The notes under the pieces: model-generated
What the model was told of the DNA's origin: nothing
Database searches by the model: none
Seen by the model: only the letters and a program-made list of their open reading frames with translations
Program-made: the position numbers and the translations under genes
Shown here: one piece after another, positions 12,988 to 25,508 of the stretch
Position numbering within the stretch: the stretch's first letter is position 1
How the letters are laid out: every line of letters begins with the position of its first letter
Assembly (NCBI GenBank): GCA_031835245.2
Contig: JAVKOQ020000095.1
Span: forward strand, 62,001 to 126,000
DNA from: Balamuthia mandrillaris
Taxonomy: Eukaryota
Direction of reading: 5' to 3'
DNA length: 64,000 nucleotides

Positions 12988-14517
12988 TCATTGTACGGGA
13001 ATCCGTTTGCCAATGCCCACTCCACTGCAGTCTTGGTGACCAGATGGGGTGAATGTGCGGTCATCCCAAGGACATCCATTCATCCTCAACCATGTCAGGG
13101 CCGCCAATCCTCCATGGCACGCAGCCTGATGGCACGCGTTTGCATCCCAGGGACACCCGTGGTCCTTCAACCACCTCATCAAGCGGAGGTCGCCCCTCTT
13201 CGCTGCTGTTGCAAAGGTGTGTTCGTCCCAAGGGCACCCATTCTCCTTCATCCACTTCAGCACGTACAAACGGGGGCGTTGATAGCGGATGGCAGCGGAG
13301 AAGGTGCTTTGCTGCCAAGCAAAGCCCCTCTGGCGAATCCATTGCAAGACCTCCAACTGGCCTTTTTTTGCCGCTGCCAGAAAGACCCTCTCAACGGTGT
13401 TTGCATCCCATCCAACGCTCTTTCCCAACGCCCATTGCAACACCTCCACGTGGCCCCGAGCTGCCACCAGATGCAAGTTGCAGCCATCCCAAGGGCATCC
13501 ATGCTCGTGAGCCCATTGCAGCACCTGCCAGTGCCCATGGTGGGCTGCTGCCTTGCAGGTCCCGTTGTCCCAAGGGCAGTCATGCTCTCGCGCCCATCGC
13601 AAGACCTCCAAATGGCCTCCTTGTGCGGCCGCCACGCAGGTGCTCCCGTCCCAAGGGCAGCCTTGCTCTCGCGCCCATCGCAGCACTGTCAAATGTCCGT
13701 TGCTTGCTGCCGCTGCGCAGGTCTTCCCATCCCATGGGCAGCCTTGCTCTCGCAGCCATTGCAGCACCTGCAAGTGGCCCCCCTCGGCCGCGCCAGAGCA
13801 GGTCAACCTGTCCCACTCGCACCGTGTCGTTGCGCGCAGAAACCGCAGCACCTCCATGTTGCCTGCCTTTGCGGCCCAGAACAGGGGCTTGAGAGCGGAG
13901 TCAGCAGGGAGATGCGTGAGAACCCCCGGCAGCTCCTCCAGCATGTACTTCAACACGTCCACGTGCCCGTTCTGTGCGGCACGGCCGTAGGCCCTAAGGC
14001 TCCACAAATCCCCTCGCGCTCGTACCCATTGCAGCAGGGAGAGATGTCCTTCAGCCGCCGCTTCGTCAAAGGTTGAGGCCTCCCAATAAAAGCCATTGTC
14101 CATGGCCCATTGGAGCATCTCCAGGTTCCCGTTTCGTGCCGCATGACTGCACACCTGGGAGTTCCTGGCCCACTGGTAAGGGCAGCTGTGTTCTTCCTTC
14201 AGCCACTTCATTATTTGGAGCTGGCCTTGCTTGGCTGCAGCCTCGTACAAGAAGGTGCGGGAGGGACACCCGTTTTCCAGAGCCCAGCGCAGAAGTGTGG
14301 CTCTGCAGCACACCGTCTCCACGTCCAAGAGCAAGCGCAGGGGAGAGGGGCTGCAAGAGAACCATCGTTTGCAGGTCAGGGCAGCGATGGCCACCATTCC
14401 CTTGGGCAGCATCCCCAAAATGTGGCTCAGCAGCTCTGGCGGAAGACGTTCTTCTATAGCACAGCCTTGTGAGTGTCTTTCGTCCTGGCACTCCTCCGTC
14501 CTTTCTTGTTCTTGCAT
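12988..14517 (-). CDS. Intronless F-box + ankyrin-like 'CPWD' repeat protein (type seen in amoebal giant viruses); probable frameshift near the C-terminus
   Basis: F-box-like LPPELLSHILGML...TCKRW followed by about 10 repeats of AAxxGHLEVLxWAREQGCPWD. No introns or microsatellites. Confidence 0.85.
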   Translation of the reverse strand: MQEQERTEECQDERHSQGCAIEERLPPELLSHILGMLPKGMVAIAALTCKRWFSCSPSPLRLLLDVETVCCRATLLRWALENGCPSRTFLYEAAAKQGQLQIMKWLKEEHSCPYQWARNSQVCSHAARNGNLEMLQWAMDNGFYWEASTFDEAAAEGHLSLLQWVRARGDLWSLRAYGRAAQNGHVDVLKYMLEELPGVLTHLPADSALKPLFWAAKAGNMEVLRFLRATTRCEWDRLTCSGAAEGGHLQVLQWLREQGCPWDGKTCAAAASNGHLTVLRWAREQGCPWDGSTCVAAAQGGHLEVLRWAREHDCPWDNGTCKAAAHHGHWQVLQWAHEHGCPWDGCNLHLVAARGHVEVLQWALGKSVGWDANTVERVFLAAAKKGQLEVLQWIRQRGFAWQQSTFSAAIRYQRPRLYVLKWMKENGCPWDEHTFATAAKRGDLRLMRWLKDHGCPWDANACHQAACHGGLAALTWLRMNGCPWDDRTFTPSGHQDCSGVGIGKRIPVQ

Positions 14518-15145
14518 TATCTCTCTCTTCTTTCCCTTTCGGTCTCTTCGGTTTAAAAAGATAATTAAACAATATATGAATGCAAAAGGAGGAAACTGGG
14601 GTGGCGGCGTAAACAAAACAAAGTCTGTCCTCCAACAGTAGCGAATGGAGAGCTTACCGAAAACCCATCACCGAACATCCACCATGTCACTGCCAAATGC
14701 TCCTTCTGCTTGTGCTCTGTTCCTGTTCGTTTCTGGTGGGCATGAATCGATATCCCAAAAGTCCTTGTGCCGTCGTTAAATTGTTGGCGAACCATCGCCG
14801 AGAGGGAGAGGATCGTTACTTCACAATCTTCAAAGCCGGGGTAAAGCGTTTCAACTCCACAGCAGCGAGTCCATAATGTTGAATCACGAACGATGAACCA
14901 AGAGAGAGAATGTGAGCAATGTGACCTCACACTTGACCATTATATCAACCTAATATCTTCGATCTGTATGTTTGGCATATTATATGAAAGATCTCATCCT
15001 AATAGAAAATATCTATATGTAGGTTTATGCTACATATTATGGAATGGTGGTTAACTTTTCCATCCTACGATGGTGGATAGGTATAAATAAGCCTACGAGG
15101 CGTCGACACAAAAAATCGAACAAGAAAAGAAAGAAAATAAAAAAG

Positions 15146-15603
15146 ATGGTGTGCAAAAAGTGCGAGAAGAAGCTCAAGCAGAACGTGATTTGTCCGGACC
15201 CTTGGAAAGAAGGCTCACGAAATGCCACCAAGTGCGTATATCTTCCCTTTTTCTCTCTCTCTCTTTCTGTGTGTGTATTCATCAAAAAAAAAACAGGGAT
15301 AGGAAAGTGAACGAAAACAAGATATTGACAACGAAGCGACGCTTCAACCCGTACCAAAAGCAGTGCCGCATCTGCAAGACCACCGTCCCGCAAGAGGGTT
15401 GCAACTACTGCCAACCCTGCGCCTACAAAAAAGGTACCATCCATCTTGTTTTTTCTTCCCTCTTCTCTTCACCCTTTCGCTCACTCACTCACTCCCATCT
15501 TTCACTTTCTTTGTTTATTCTTTTTCGTGTGGCCAAAGGCGTGTGCGCCATGTGTGGCAAACAGATCCTCGACACGACCATGTACAAACAAAGCGTCAAA
15601 TGA
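15146..15603 (+). CDS. cript: CRIPT (cysteine-rich PDZ-binding protein), 3 exons
   Basis: MVCKKCEKKL...CPDPWKEG, RKVNENKILT, CRICK...YCQPCAYKKG, VCAMCGKQILDTTMYKQS. Confidence 0.93.
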
Positions 15604-15682
15604 TGATCTCTTCCGCTCATTCCTTCTGCTTGTCCACCACCAAAAAAAAAAACCATTCAAAAATTGTACATAAAAATAATTT

Positions 15683-15700
15683 CTTCTTTCTTTCTTTCTT

Positions 15701-15737
<37 letters not shown>

Positions 15738-15746
15738 CTTGTCGTT

Positions 15747-15834
<88 letters not shown>

Positions 15835-15876
15835 GTCGTTTCTTTCTTGTCGTTTCTTTCTTTCTTTCTTGTCGTT

Positions 15877-15928
<52 letters not shown>

Positions 15929-15937
15929 GTCGTTTCT
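15683..15937. repeat. Composite (CTTT)n/(CT)n microsatellite with interspersed TTGTCG units
   Basis: Directly visible between the convergent cript and CEPT genes. Confidence 0.9.
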
Positions 15938-15943
15938 TAGAGG

Positions 15944-17088
15944 CTATTCTTGTTTGATGGCAGCACGAACTTTACCAAAGGGCTGCCCCGTCTGGCTGGG
16001 CGGGGGGTAGGGGATGGTCAGGCAGCTGATCTGCAGGTGAGCGCAGAGCTGCGAGATGACCGAAAGGACAAAGTGCAGGTACACCGCCAGAAGAAGGGAG
16101 AGCAGGGAGTAGAGAACGACCACCTCCACCTTCACCTCCGACGCGCCCTGAAGAGGGAGTTGAGCTGGAAGAAGGTGAGGGAAACGGAGGAGCAGGAGTT
16201 GGATGGAGAGGCCGAGGAGAGGGAGGAGGTGGACAGGGTTCCAGATGTTGTATTCCTCGCGCATGATGCGGGCGATGAGTATCCGATTCTAGTTTTTGTG
16301 TGAAAAAGAAATGATGAGAAAAAAAGAGAGAAGAAAGAAGAAGAAGAAGAAACAGCAGAAACAAAGAAAAAAACAAACCAAGATGTAAGAGAACATGACG
16401 CCAAGGAAGAACAGGCAGGCGGTTGTATGGGTGATCATCAGTTGCTCTTTGGAGAGGTGGAACCAGGCGGAGCAGCTGCCCACCGCTATTGTCATTGGGA
16501 GCAGCATGGAGATGGCCTTCAGCAGGCTCTTCTTTTGAAGGTAGACTATGCGGAGCACCGCCATCGTGCTTTTATTGTTTTGGTTTGGTTTGTTAGAAGA
16601 AATGAAACGAAATGATATAAAAAGCACAAGAGGACGTACTTATAGATGGACATGACGATGCCAGCCACAAAGAGAGTGGCGAGGAGAACTCTGTTCAAAG
16701 GAGCTTCAGCAGGCAACACGCCCACAAGAGAGGGAGGAAGGTTTGCTCCTAACAACTGCTCCACCGCACTTCCGACTTGAACCGGACCAGACCAAAGGCT
16801 TTGGCCTTGTTTTAGGGAGAAAAAGGATTAGAAACAGTTCCTCAACGAAGAGAGAAAGAAACGATAAGAAAGAATAAAAGAAATGTCAGCAGCAGCTAAT
16901 CAGTCATTCGACAGTTTGAAGTCAAAGTGACTATATTCCTGAGTATAAACAGGAACAAAGAAAGCAGCGCTGATGTTTAGAAAAAACAATAGATTTTGCA
17001 ACCTGTTTAACGCGACGAGCATGATAAAGTGCACGCAGCGCAGATAGGGATGCGTTTCACTAAAACAAAAAAAAACAAATGAAGAGAG

Positions 17089-17131
<43 letters not shown>

Positions 17132-18039
17132 ACCATATAAACCAGTCATGATCAAGAAAGAGGTCATCACTAATTGCCCTTCTGTGGGATTTCCGACCAT
17201 TCCAAGAATGAGCTTTCCTGTGTAAAACCTGTTTCATTTTTGGATATCAGCAAACGTTGTCTCTGAGTTTGATCCCAAAGAGAAGAAATAAAGGGAGAAA
17301 ACAAGTACTCTTCCCAATGCGCCATGATGAATGGCAACGCGATAGCACAAAAGATGAAGAAAGCCTCCCAACCGGTCATCCCTCCTCCATTACTCAACAA
17401 AATGCTTGCCATCTTTCAAACAAAATTGGGAACGTAAAAATCGAAGAAGAAGAATAACCAGAAGAAGAAAAAGAAGAGCAAAAATAAGAACAAGAAAGAT
17501 GATCAATACGAACCACCACGAAGAGTGAATCACATCCTTATGATAGAAAATTATAGTTAGTAATATATGGTTAGTAATATTACGCGAGAGGAAGAGAGAA
17601 GAGAATAGAGAAGACAGAAAGTAAGGGTAAGGACAAACCATGATCGAAAAGCTCTCCTAGGGGTGAGGAAGTCCCAGTTCTCCGCGCTTGTCGTCCATCC
17701 ACGTTATCAAAGATCTGATAGAGGTAAACGCCAAGGGCAGCATAGAAGTAGACCCAAGGTGGGCATGTGCCATTCACATTGGGACAGAAGTAGAGGATGG
17801 TAAGGCAGTTGCCCAACAGGAAGAAGAAGCCTGTCAATGTGATCTGTTTTTGTTTGGCGTTGTTGAGTAAAGAAGAGGGATGGCGGAGTGACAGGGAGGA
17901 GAAAAGAGCATCGCGAGAATTAATGAGAGGACGAGGGCAACGGAAGCAGAGTGGGAAAAAAAGAGGAGTGAAGAAAGACAAGAACGAGAAGCGACAAGAG
18001 AGAGAAAGAGAGAAGCAGAGAAAGGGTGCGAGAGGGAGA

Positions 18040-18076
<37 letters not shown>

Positions 18077-18392
18077 AGAAAGAGAAGAGGAAAGAGAAGC
18101 GAGAGGAGAAAAGCGGAAACTAGAGAGGCGAGCACGCACCATATTAGGACTGTCGGTGTCGAATGAAGGCAGGCATTAAAAGCGACGGTCAGTGTAACCT
18201 TGAAAACAAAACAAGCAACGACAAACAGCAAATGAGGAAAAGGGGCACGCACGCCATCCAAATGGGAAACAGGGTCCGGCAGCACCAGTCCCAGTGTTTC
18301 TTGAGGAAGAGGTTGGCGAGGATGGACTTGTCCTCGCCCGAGTACTTGTAGTGCTTCAAGTTGTCCAGCCCTTGCTCCGAAATGTACGGCAT
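15944..18392 (-). CDS. Choline/ethanolamine phosphotransferase (CDP-alcohol phosphotransferase, CEPT1/SELENOI family)
   Basis: [76 protein letters not shown]. Confidence 0.92.
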
Positions 18393-19454
18393 GCTGCGGC
18401 TACTTTGTTCAACTGAAGCCTCTCTTTGTTCTTCAGTGCGTGCGAAAGTGAATCACGCAAAAAAAATAAAAATAAATAAATAAATGAATAAATCAAAAAT
18501 AAATAAATCAAAAATATTGTGATAAATCAAAAAGGGGGGAGTAGCAAAGCGGATTGGGAGGTGTTCGGCAAGTAGAATTTAAGGGCGCAACTTTGCTGCT
18601 ACTTGTTTTCACTACACTACACCGCGCTACGCTACACTGCACTGCTTCTACTCCGCTCCCGGTGTTTCTGGTTTTTGTGGTGTAAACGAAAAAAGAAAAA
18701 AATAAAAACCGCCAAAAAAAAAAAAAAAAGAGGAACAAAAATTATACATGAATGAATGAATGAAGGAATGAATGGAAAACGGCGGTTAAAAAAATTGAAA
18801 AATGAAAATGATAAAAATGAAAGAAAAGAGAAGAGAAGAAAAGAAAAAAGAAGGCGCCATGGATGACAGGAGTGAAAGGAAAGAAAAATTATGGAAAGAA
18901 AAATATGGAAAGAAAGAAAAAAAATTAAAAAAGAAAAAAAATGGGGGATGACAGCTCTTCGCTGACATGTTAAATGAAGAAAAAAAAAAACTCATCTGCT
19001 GTGCTATTTTCGTTCACGAATGCTGCAGAAGGGGGAGGCCGATTATGTCGACAAATATTCAAATGTCCGCGGAAAATCGGTCGTGCAGAGGATGAGCTGG
19101 CTTGCTGCAGCGATTCCTGGAAAGAGGATAAGTCGACATAAATATCTTGAAAAAAGGTAAACCGTTAAAATTCTTCATTTTTTGAAATCTGAAAAGAAAG
19201 TTTTTTACAAAGAAAAAAAAAGAAAAGAAAAGAAATCTGCCTCTCGATTTCGATTGGAACCTTTTCGATTGGTTTTTTTTGTTGTTGAAACAAACAAAAA
19301 AAAAAAGGGTACCATGGAATTGTTTTCCTCTCTCTCCTTCGCTTCCTTTACGACGACGAACTAACATGCTTTTTTAAAAAAAAAACAGATTTTAAAAAAA
19401 ACGTAGAGAGAGCCATTGTTTTTATTTTATTTATTATTTTTTTTTTTCGCTACG

Positions 19455-19682
19455 ATGGACGACACCCAAACGTTAGACCGCTGGGAAAACGCACTGCGGC
19501 ACTTGACCGAGTCTCGCAACGCCATTGCTCACGCCACCAAGTTGGCGGTGGACAATGCTGCCCTCCACACAGAGCTCTTCTCTCTTCTCTATGACCGACT
19601 AGAAAGAGTACTTTTTTCTTCTCTTCTTCTTTTTTAAAGCTTTTTTTATCGTTTCTTCTTCTCCTCCTCCTCTTCCTTCTTT

Positions 19683-19718
<36 letters not shown>

Positions 19719-21545
19719 ACCGCTTTATTTATTTTTAAATCTTAGTCTTCACACAAACGAAGAAGAGCTTTATTCTATTTACTGGACTCGATCTGTCAAA
19801 CGGCACTCAAACACAAAGAACAAAAGAAACAACGACAGCTAAAACTGCGCAGCAACAGCAAAGAAAGAGAGGAGCGAGAGGAAGAGGAAGAAGAGGCAGA
19901 AAGAGTGGAAAATAATGGAGTCAACGAAGAAGAAGCAGAAAACATCAAGCTGTTGGAGGGCTTCCGTCTTTTGGTGGAACGCAACTTGGGCGGCATTATT
20001 GCCGCAATGCTCAGCGACAACAAGAAGGAGAGAATGATGCTGTTGAGTGGTGTTGGAGGAAGTAACAGCAACGACGAGGCTGCGGCCGCCGCGGCAGCTT
20101 ATGATCAACAAGTGAAACACACTCGTTCTGCTGTTCAAAAGGTTTTCCTTTCTTTTCTTGCTCTCTTCTTTCCCCCTTTTTTCCTTCAGTTCTTTCCCCC
20201 CTTTTTTCTTCACTTTTCATTATTTTTATTAACAAAACAAAAAAAAAGGTGTTTGAGGTGTGGACAAAGAGAGGGGTCTTTTCAAGAGCAGCTTTGCAGA
20301 ATGTTTGTCAGAGTACAGAAGGAGCTTTCTTGTATGTATTCCCCCCCTCCCCCCCTCCCCTCTCAACGCTGTCTTTCCTGTTTTTTGATTGTAACTTTTG
20401 CTCTCTCTCTCTCTCTCATTCCATAATATTTTCTCTTCAACAGGACTCAGAAATCAAATGCTGAGAAACGTAAACATCAAAGCCCAAGCGTCGAAAGTTG
20501 TCTTCGCGAAATCGAAGAGGAGCGAAAAGAGGTACAAAATCTTCCCCCCTTCTCATTTCTTTGTTTCTCCTCTCTCAAATAAGTTTTTATTCAAAAATCT
20601 AATCCTTTTTCAAAACAGCACAAACGACTAAAGTTGGAAAGGGCTTTGCGGCCGCACCTCGAAAACGGAGAATACGTTGACGAGTTTGAAGAAATGTGGG
20701 AAAGAGCTTCTCCATTGGCCCATTACGCTCGTCTCTTTCCTCCATCCTCATCTGCTTCCTCATCTCTTTCTTCTTCTTCTTCTTCTTCTTCTTTTGCTTC
20801 TTTTCCGGAACATTTTAGCAACAGCAGCAGCAACAAATCCAATCAACGAACGGTTTTTTTCTCGTTCGACAACACCAACTTTAAAGGAACAGACAATTTA
20901 GGCTCCACAACGAAAGAAAGTAAGCAAAATAGTAACACCAACAAAAGATTTCGTTCCGACAATAGCCTATCATCTTCATACGTGAACGGAGATTCCTCCT
21001 CCACCGAAAACACGCCTTCTCCTGGAGACACCACTCCGTCTCCTCTTTCTTCCGGTTCCACAAATGCCTCTTCTTCTTCTTCATCTTCCTCCTCCACTTT
21101 ATCAACAAGCAACAAACCATCTTCTGTACCAACGCCCTCTCCATCCCTTTCAACTACCACCGCAACAACTTCAACTAGTAAAACAGGTTTATTACCTCTT
21201 CCTCATCCTCCGTTTGCTTCCTCCCCTCTTTCATCCAAAATGGTCTCCTCGGCTTCACTCATGTGGGGACCAACCCCACCATCGCTCCCTCTTCCTCCTT
21301 TTCTTCGTCCATTGCCGTTTCAACCGTTTGCTGCATCCGTTTCTCCGTTGAGCACTCCTTTCCCTTTCCCCCCTCAACCTTCTTTTCCGGCGGCGTTTCC
21401 GTTTCGTCCGCCGCCTTCCCTTCCCTCTTCCGTTTCGGCGGCTCTTCTTCTCAATCGAACGTTCACTGCTGCCGCTACCGCTGCTTCTTCCTCCTCAACT
21501 TCGCTTGCTTCTGCGTCTTCTTCCTCTTCTTCAACGTCTTCCTAG
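19455..21545 (+). CDS. CID/RPR-domain protein, Ctk3 (CTD kinase gamma)-like, with Ser/Pro-rich tail
   Basis: N-terminal CID-like segment (LRHLTESRNAI...RRRALFYLLDSICQ...KVFEVW) and a Ctk3 C-terminal-like segment (DEFEEMWERASPL). Confidence 0.6.
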
Positions 21546-21650
21546 AATCATCACCAATGTATATCAATCGCTTTGAATCCACATAAGAAAAGAAAAGAAA
21601 AATGAAAGGAAAGCTGTAAAAAAACAATGTTATGCTTTTCGTTCTTTGTT

Positions 21651-24600
21651 TTAAAACAAAGATGTAAAAGAAGGAGTAAAACTCGCATACTCTCTTTCTT
21701 CCTCCTCCTCCTCTGACGCTTCCTCTTCTCCTTCTTCTCTATCGCTCGCTGCCTCGTTCAAATCCACCGCAAAGTTCCATATCTTCAGGGTGTGATCCGC
21801 CGAGGCGGTGACCAAGCGCTGCGAGGAGAACTGCAGCCAATAGATCGAGTTGATGTGTCGCTGCATGGGGTGCCCCAATTCGTAGCTCGTCGGCACTCTC
21901 CATTCCCTCTTCCCTCTTCCCTTGTTTCTTTCCTCTTTCTCTTCTTTGCTTTGAGAGGAGGAGTTGGCCCAAAAGTCTTCGGACATGAGCGAGGAGGAGG
22001 CATCGCGAGAGGTGAAGTTGAGAGGAGACCATACGCGCACGGAGTTGTCTCTCGAGCCGGTGACCAAGCGGTTGAAGTCGAATTGGAGGCTCCAAATGCG
22101 ATCGCGATGGCCCACTAAAGATTGACTCTTAAAATAAGAGTTATCCCCTAAAGACAATCCACATTTGGAATTGTGGCTTTTTTCTTCTTCTTCTTCTTCG
22201 TCTTCTTTGATTTTTGTGTCTTCATCGTGTTCGTCGTTTTCGTTTTCGTTCTCGTTCTCATCATCTTCTATTTCTTCATCGTCGTTTTCTTCGGAGGAAG
22301 CGAGCAGCTTTGTCGTGGAAGAAGAGGAGGTAGGAGAGCCAGAAGGAAACATGGAAGAACGATGAGGATGAAAGAGAGGACGGTAGTGGTGATTGTGACG
22401 ATTAGGATGATGATGATGATGATGATGAGAATGATGAGGTGAAGTAGCATGATGAAAAGGAGGATAAAGATAGCCAGAAGAAGAGGGGGCAGGGGGAAGA
22501 GCAACAGAGGAAGAAGGGACAGAAGAAAGAGGGGGTTTTCGTAAAGGAGAAAGCGAAGTCAAAGAAGAAAGAGAGAAGGAATTAAGAGAAGAAGGAGAAG
22601 TTCCAGCATATGGAAAAGAAGAAAGATTCGAAGACGCAGAGGATGAAGAAATATGAGAAGTCGGAGAACCAGAAGAACGATAAGCGTAATGCGAAGGAGG
22701 AGGAGAGGAACTAAAATATTCGCTCGGGGAGAAGACGGGAACAGAGACAACTGGTTGCGATGTCCTCCGTAAGTCGTAAATGTGAACGCTGAACTCTCCA
22801 GAAGGCCCATCATCTCCCGCCACGATCAACTTGTTTATGTTTCTCTTCAAGTTGAACTGCATCGCCATCACTTTTGTCAATCCTGTTTGAAAATAAGCCA
22901 CACAATCACTTTCTTCTCCGCTTGAAGAAGAAGCAAGGGAAGAACGAGGAGGAACTCGTCCATCCCAAACTTTGATGCATCCATCACTCCCACCGGAGAG
23001 AATGTATCCCGATTCTTCGTCCATTTGCAGACATCGTAACGTCGAAACATCATGAAACGTTCTTATGCATTTTCCCGAAGGAGTTGAAGACGAAGATGTT
23101 GTGCTCATTTCTCCTCCTCGTTGCAAGTCCCAAAGCTTTAACGTCATATCTAAAGAACAAGAGATCAGTTGATTAGATTTCTCGTTCACTCGTATCATTT
23201 GAACAGAGTTGCCGTGAGAATCATCGTTTGTGGTAACGTTCGAGTTTGTCTGTTGAGCAGCGGTTCTGCCTGCTTTGCTCCCAAAAACAGCTCTCAGATA
23301 TCGTTTTGTGTTGATGCTTTCGAATGATTGAGACCATACTTTGATCGTTCGGTCACATGAACACGTATAAAGCAATTCGTCTGTTCCACGTTCTGCTTCT
23401 TCGTCACCGCCTTCTTCTTGTTCCCGAGTTTGTTGTTTGCTCTTTTTATGCTTTTTGGTCTTGTTTGTTTTACGCCTTCTTATTTGTTGTTCATCGCGAT
23501 GTTTTCTTCCCAATTGAATGCAATTAACTGCGCCGTCGTGGGCCTTCATGTCTGCGTGAAAATTTCCTGTGTCTAAGTCCCATCTTGCTAACACTCCTTT
23601 GGCATTGCCGCTCCAAAGTTGTCGCTTCTCTTCTGAGAATTGGATGCAGTAAGCTCGCCTGTCGGAGAGTAGTGTTGTCACAGAGCAATTGCCTTTCGAA
23701 ATGAAGGAGAGAGCGAAGGGTTAGGAGAAGGAGAAAGAAAATGAAAATGAATAAAATGAAAATGAAAAGACAAAGAAAGAGAACAAAAGATTCTAACCTA
23801 ATCGCCAGTTACGTTCAAGTTTGCACTGCTTCACAAATATCGCTCTCCATTCTTTACGTCGCGTTGGAACAACAGCCGCCATCTTTTCGCTGGACTTGTC
23901 ACTCGCATTTTCTTCTCTTTCTTTCTCTTTCTCTATGTCTTTGTTCGTTTCTGTTGTTGCAGGTAGCTTATGCATTTCGCGGGATGTAGATCGTCCCCTT
24001 TTTAATCTTTTTCTTCTCTTTCTTCCACCTCCCAACAAATATTCTTTTCTTGTTGAACTTTCGCCTACATCTTCGTCGTCATCTTCGTCGTCGTCATCTT
24101 CTTCGTATTGTGAACAAACATTTTGTTGTTGTAATTCTTCCTCGTGAAGAGCTCTCTTCCCAAAATAATAGAAGCAAAGACTCCTCCTATTGTTTTTTAA
24201 ATATCAAAAATAATCAGAGAGAGACAGAGAGAGAGAGAACAAGAGATAGGAGAAAGCAAACACAGAAGAGAAGGGAATACCAAAGAGAATTGTCAAGAAC
24301 GAGCTGACGAAGCTGGCGATTGAGCACTGAAATGGTGAGAAGAAGTTCTTTTGGCGGCAAGAAAGAAAGAACCAGTAATATGAGTTCTGTTATAGTTGAT
24401 GGTTGGTGTTTTTGTAAATGTGAGTAAAAGAAAAGAGAAGAGAAGCAACGGAGCAAAATAAAAGAGAACAAAAAGGAAACCTTTAAACAAAAGAAAAAGG
24501 AAAAACGAAAACGAACAAATAGAGAAAGAAAAAAAAGAGAATGACAAAAGCAGAGAATAACAAAAAGAAGAGAAGAGAAGAGAAAAGAAGAGAAGAGGGA

Positions 24601-25177
24601 ACCATGAGGCAACACGCCAAGAAAGCCGCAAGTATTAGTCTCCAAATCCAAGTTGTGTTTTTGCTTTTACACCCAAACACGAAACAACCAACAAAAAAAC
24701 AAAGCATTTAGAAAAGAGCAGAAAAAAACGAGAGGAGAGTGAGCGAGAGAACGAGAGAGAGAGAGAGAGAGAGTATGAGCAAGACAGCGAGACAGCGAGA
24801 CAGAGAGACAGAAAGACAGAGAGACAGAGAGACAAAGACAGAGAGTGAAAAAAACAAACCGAAAACGCAAAGTAGTGTCCCAAATTATCAATGGCAGAGT
24901 GAAGAGCCAGGGAAAGCTCGTCCATCTTGTGGATGAGCTGCAAAGGGACCGAGGCGGGCGTGCGGTAGGCCGCGTTCTTGAGGAAGCGTTCCTTCAGGAG
25001 GTGGTCCAGCGTGGCAATCTCGCCGCGAACCCTGTTGAGCTGATCGGCTGCTTCATGGATGACCTGCCCAAAGTCCTCTTCTCCTTCTGCCTTTCGTGGA
25101 GGAGGAGAAGAAGAATGAGAAGGAGGAGAAGGAGGAGAAGGAGAAGAGGAAGGAGAAGGAGCGTCTTCCTCCATCAT
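21651..25177 (-). CDS. F-box/WD40-repeat protein
   Basis: F-box LPHELILLVLSFLPPKELL...LDNSLW spliced to a large exon with WD repeats (SCSLDMTLKLWD, SGGSDGCIKVWD, GHRDRIWSLQFD, TASADHTLKIWN). First exon MMEEDAPS... at 25177. Confidence 0.85.
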
Positions 25178-25229
25178 AGCAAAAATCTTTTTCTTTTTTC
25201 TTTTTTCTTTTTTTGCTTTTCGTTTTGTT

Positions 25230-25475
25230 TTATGTCGACAAATGAAGTGTCCAAGATTGAACTGTTGCAAAGAGGGTGTAAATCTCAGCGAATCGACGGG
25301 AGTGGACATGAACTCTTCCTATCCAGGAGTTTCACAATTTATCTCCGAATGACGTATTTTGGGAAATGTGTAGACAAAGTGTCGACCATAAATATCAGTC
25401 GACATAAAGACCCGTCTACAGAAATGATAAATGTCGACCGTAAATATCAGTCGACAGAATCCAGCATGTCGACGA
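25230..25475. promoter_or_regulatory. Divergent promoter region with a cluster of GTCGAC palindromes
   Basis: GTCGAC at 25234, 25381, 25398, 25433, 25450, 25468, between the divergent F-box/WD40 and BolA start codons. Confidence 0.55.
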
Positions 25476-25508
25476 AAATCAGCGCAAGAAAAGGAACGAA
25501 ACAAAAGA

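Noticed and set aside
12958..14076. 372-aa plus-strand ORF
   Set aside because: Antisense shadow of the GC-rich repeat gene on the minus strand.
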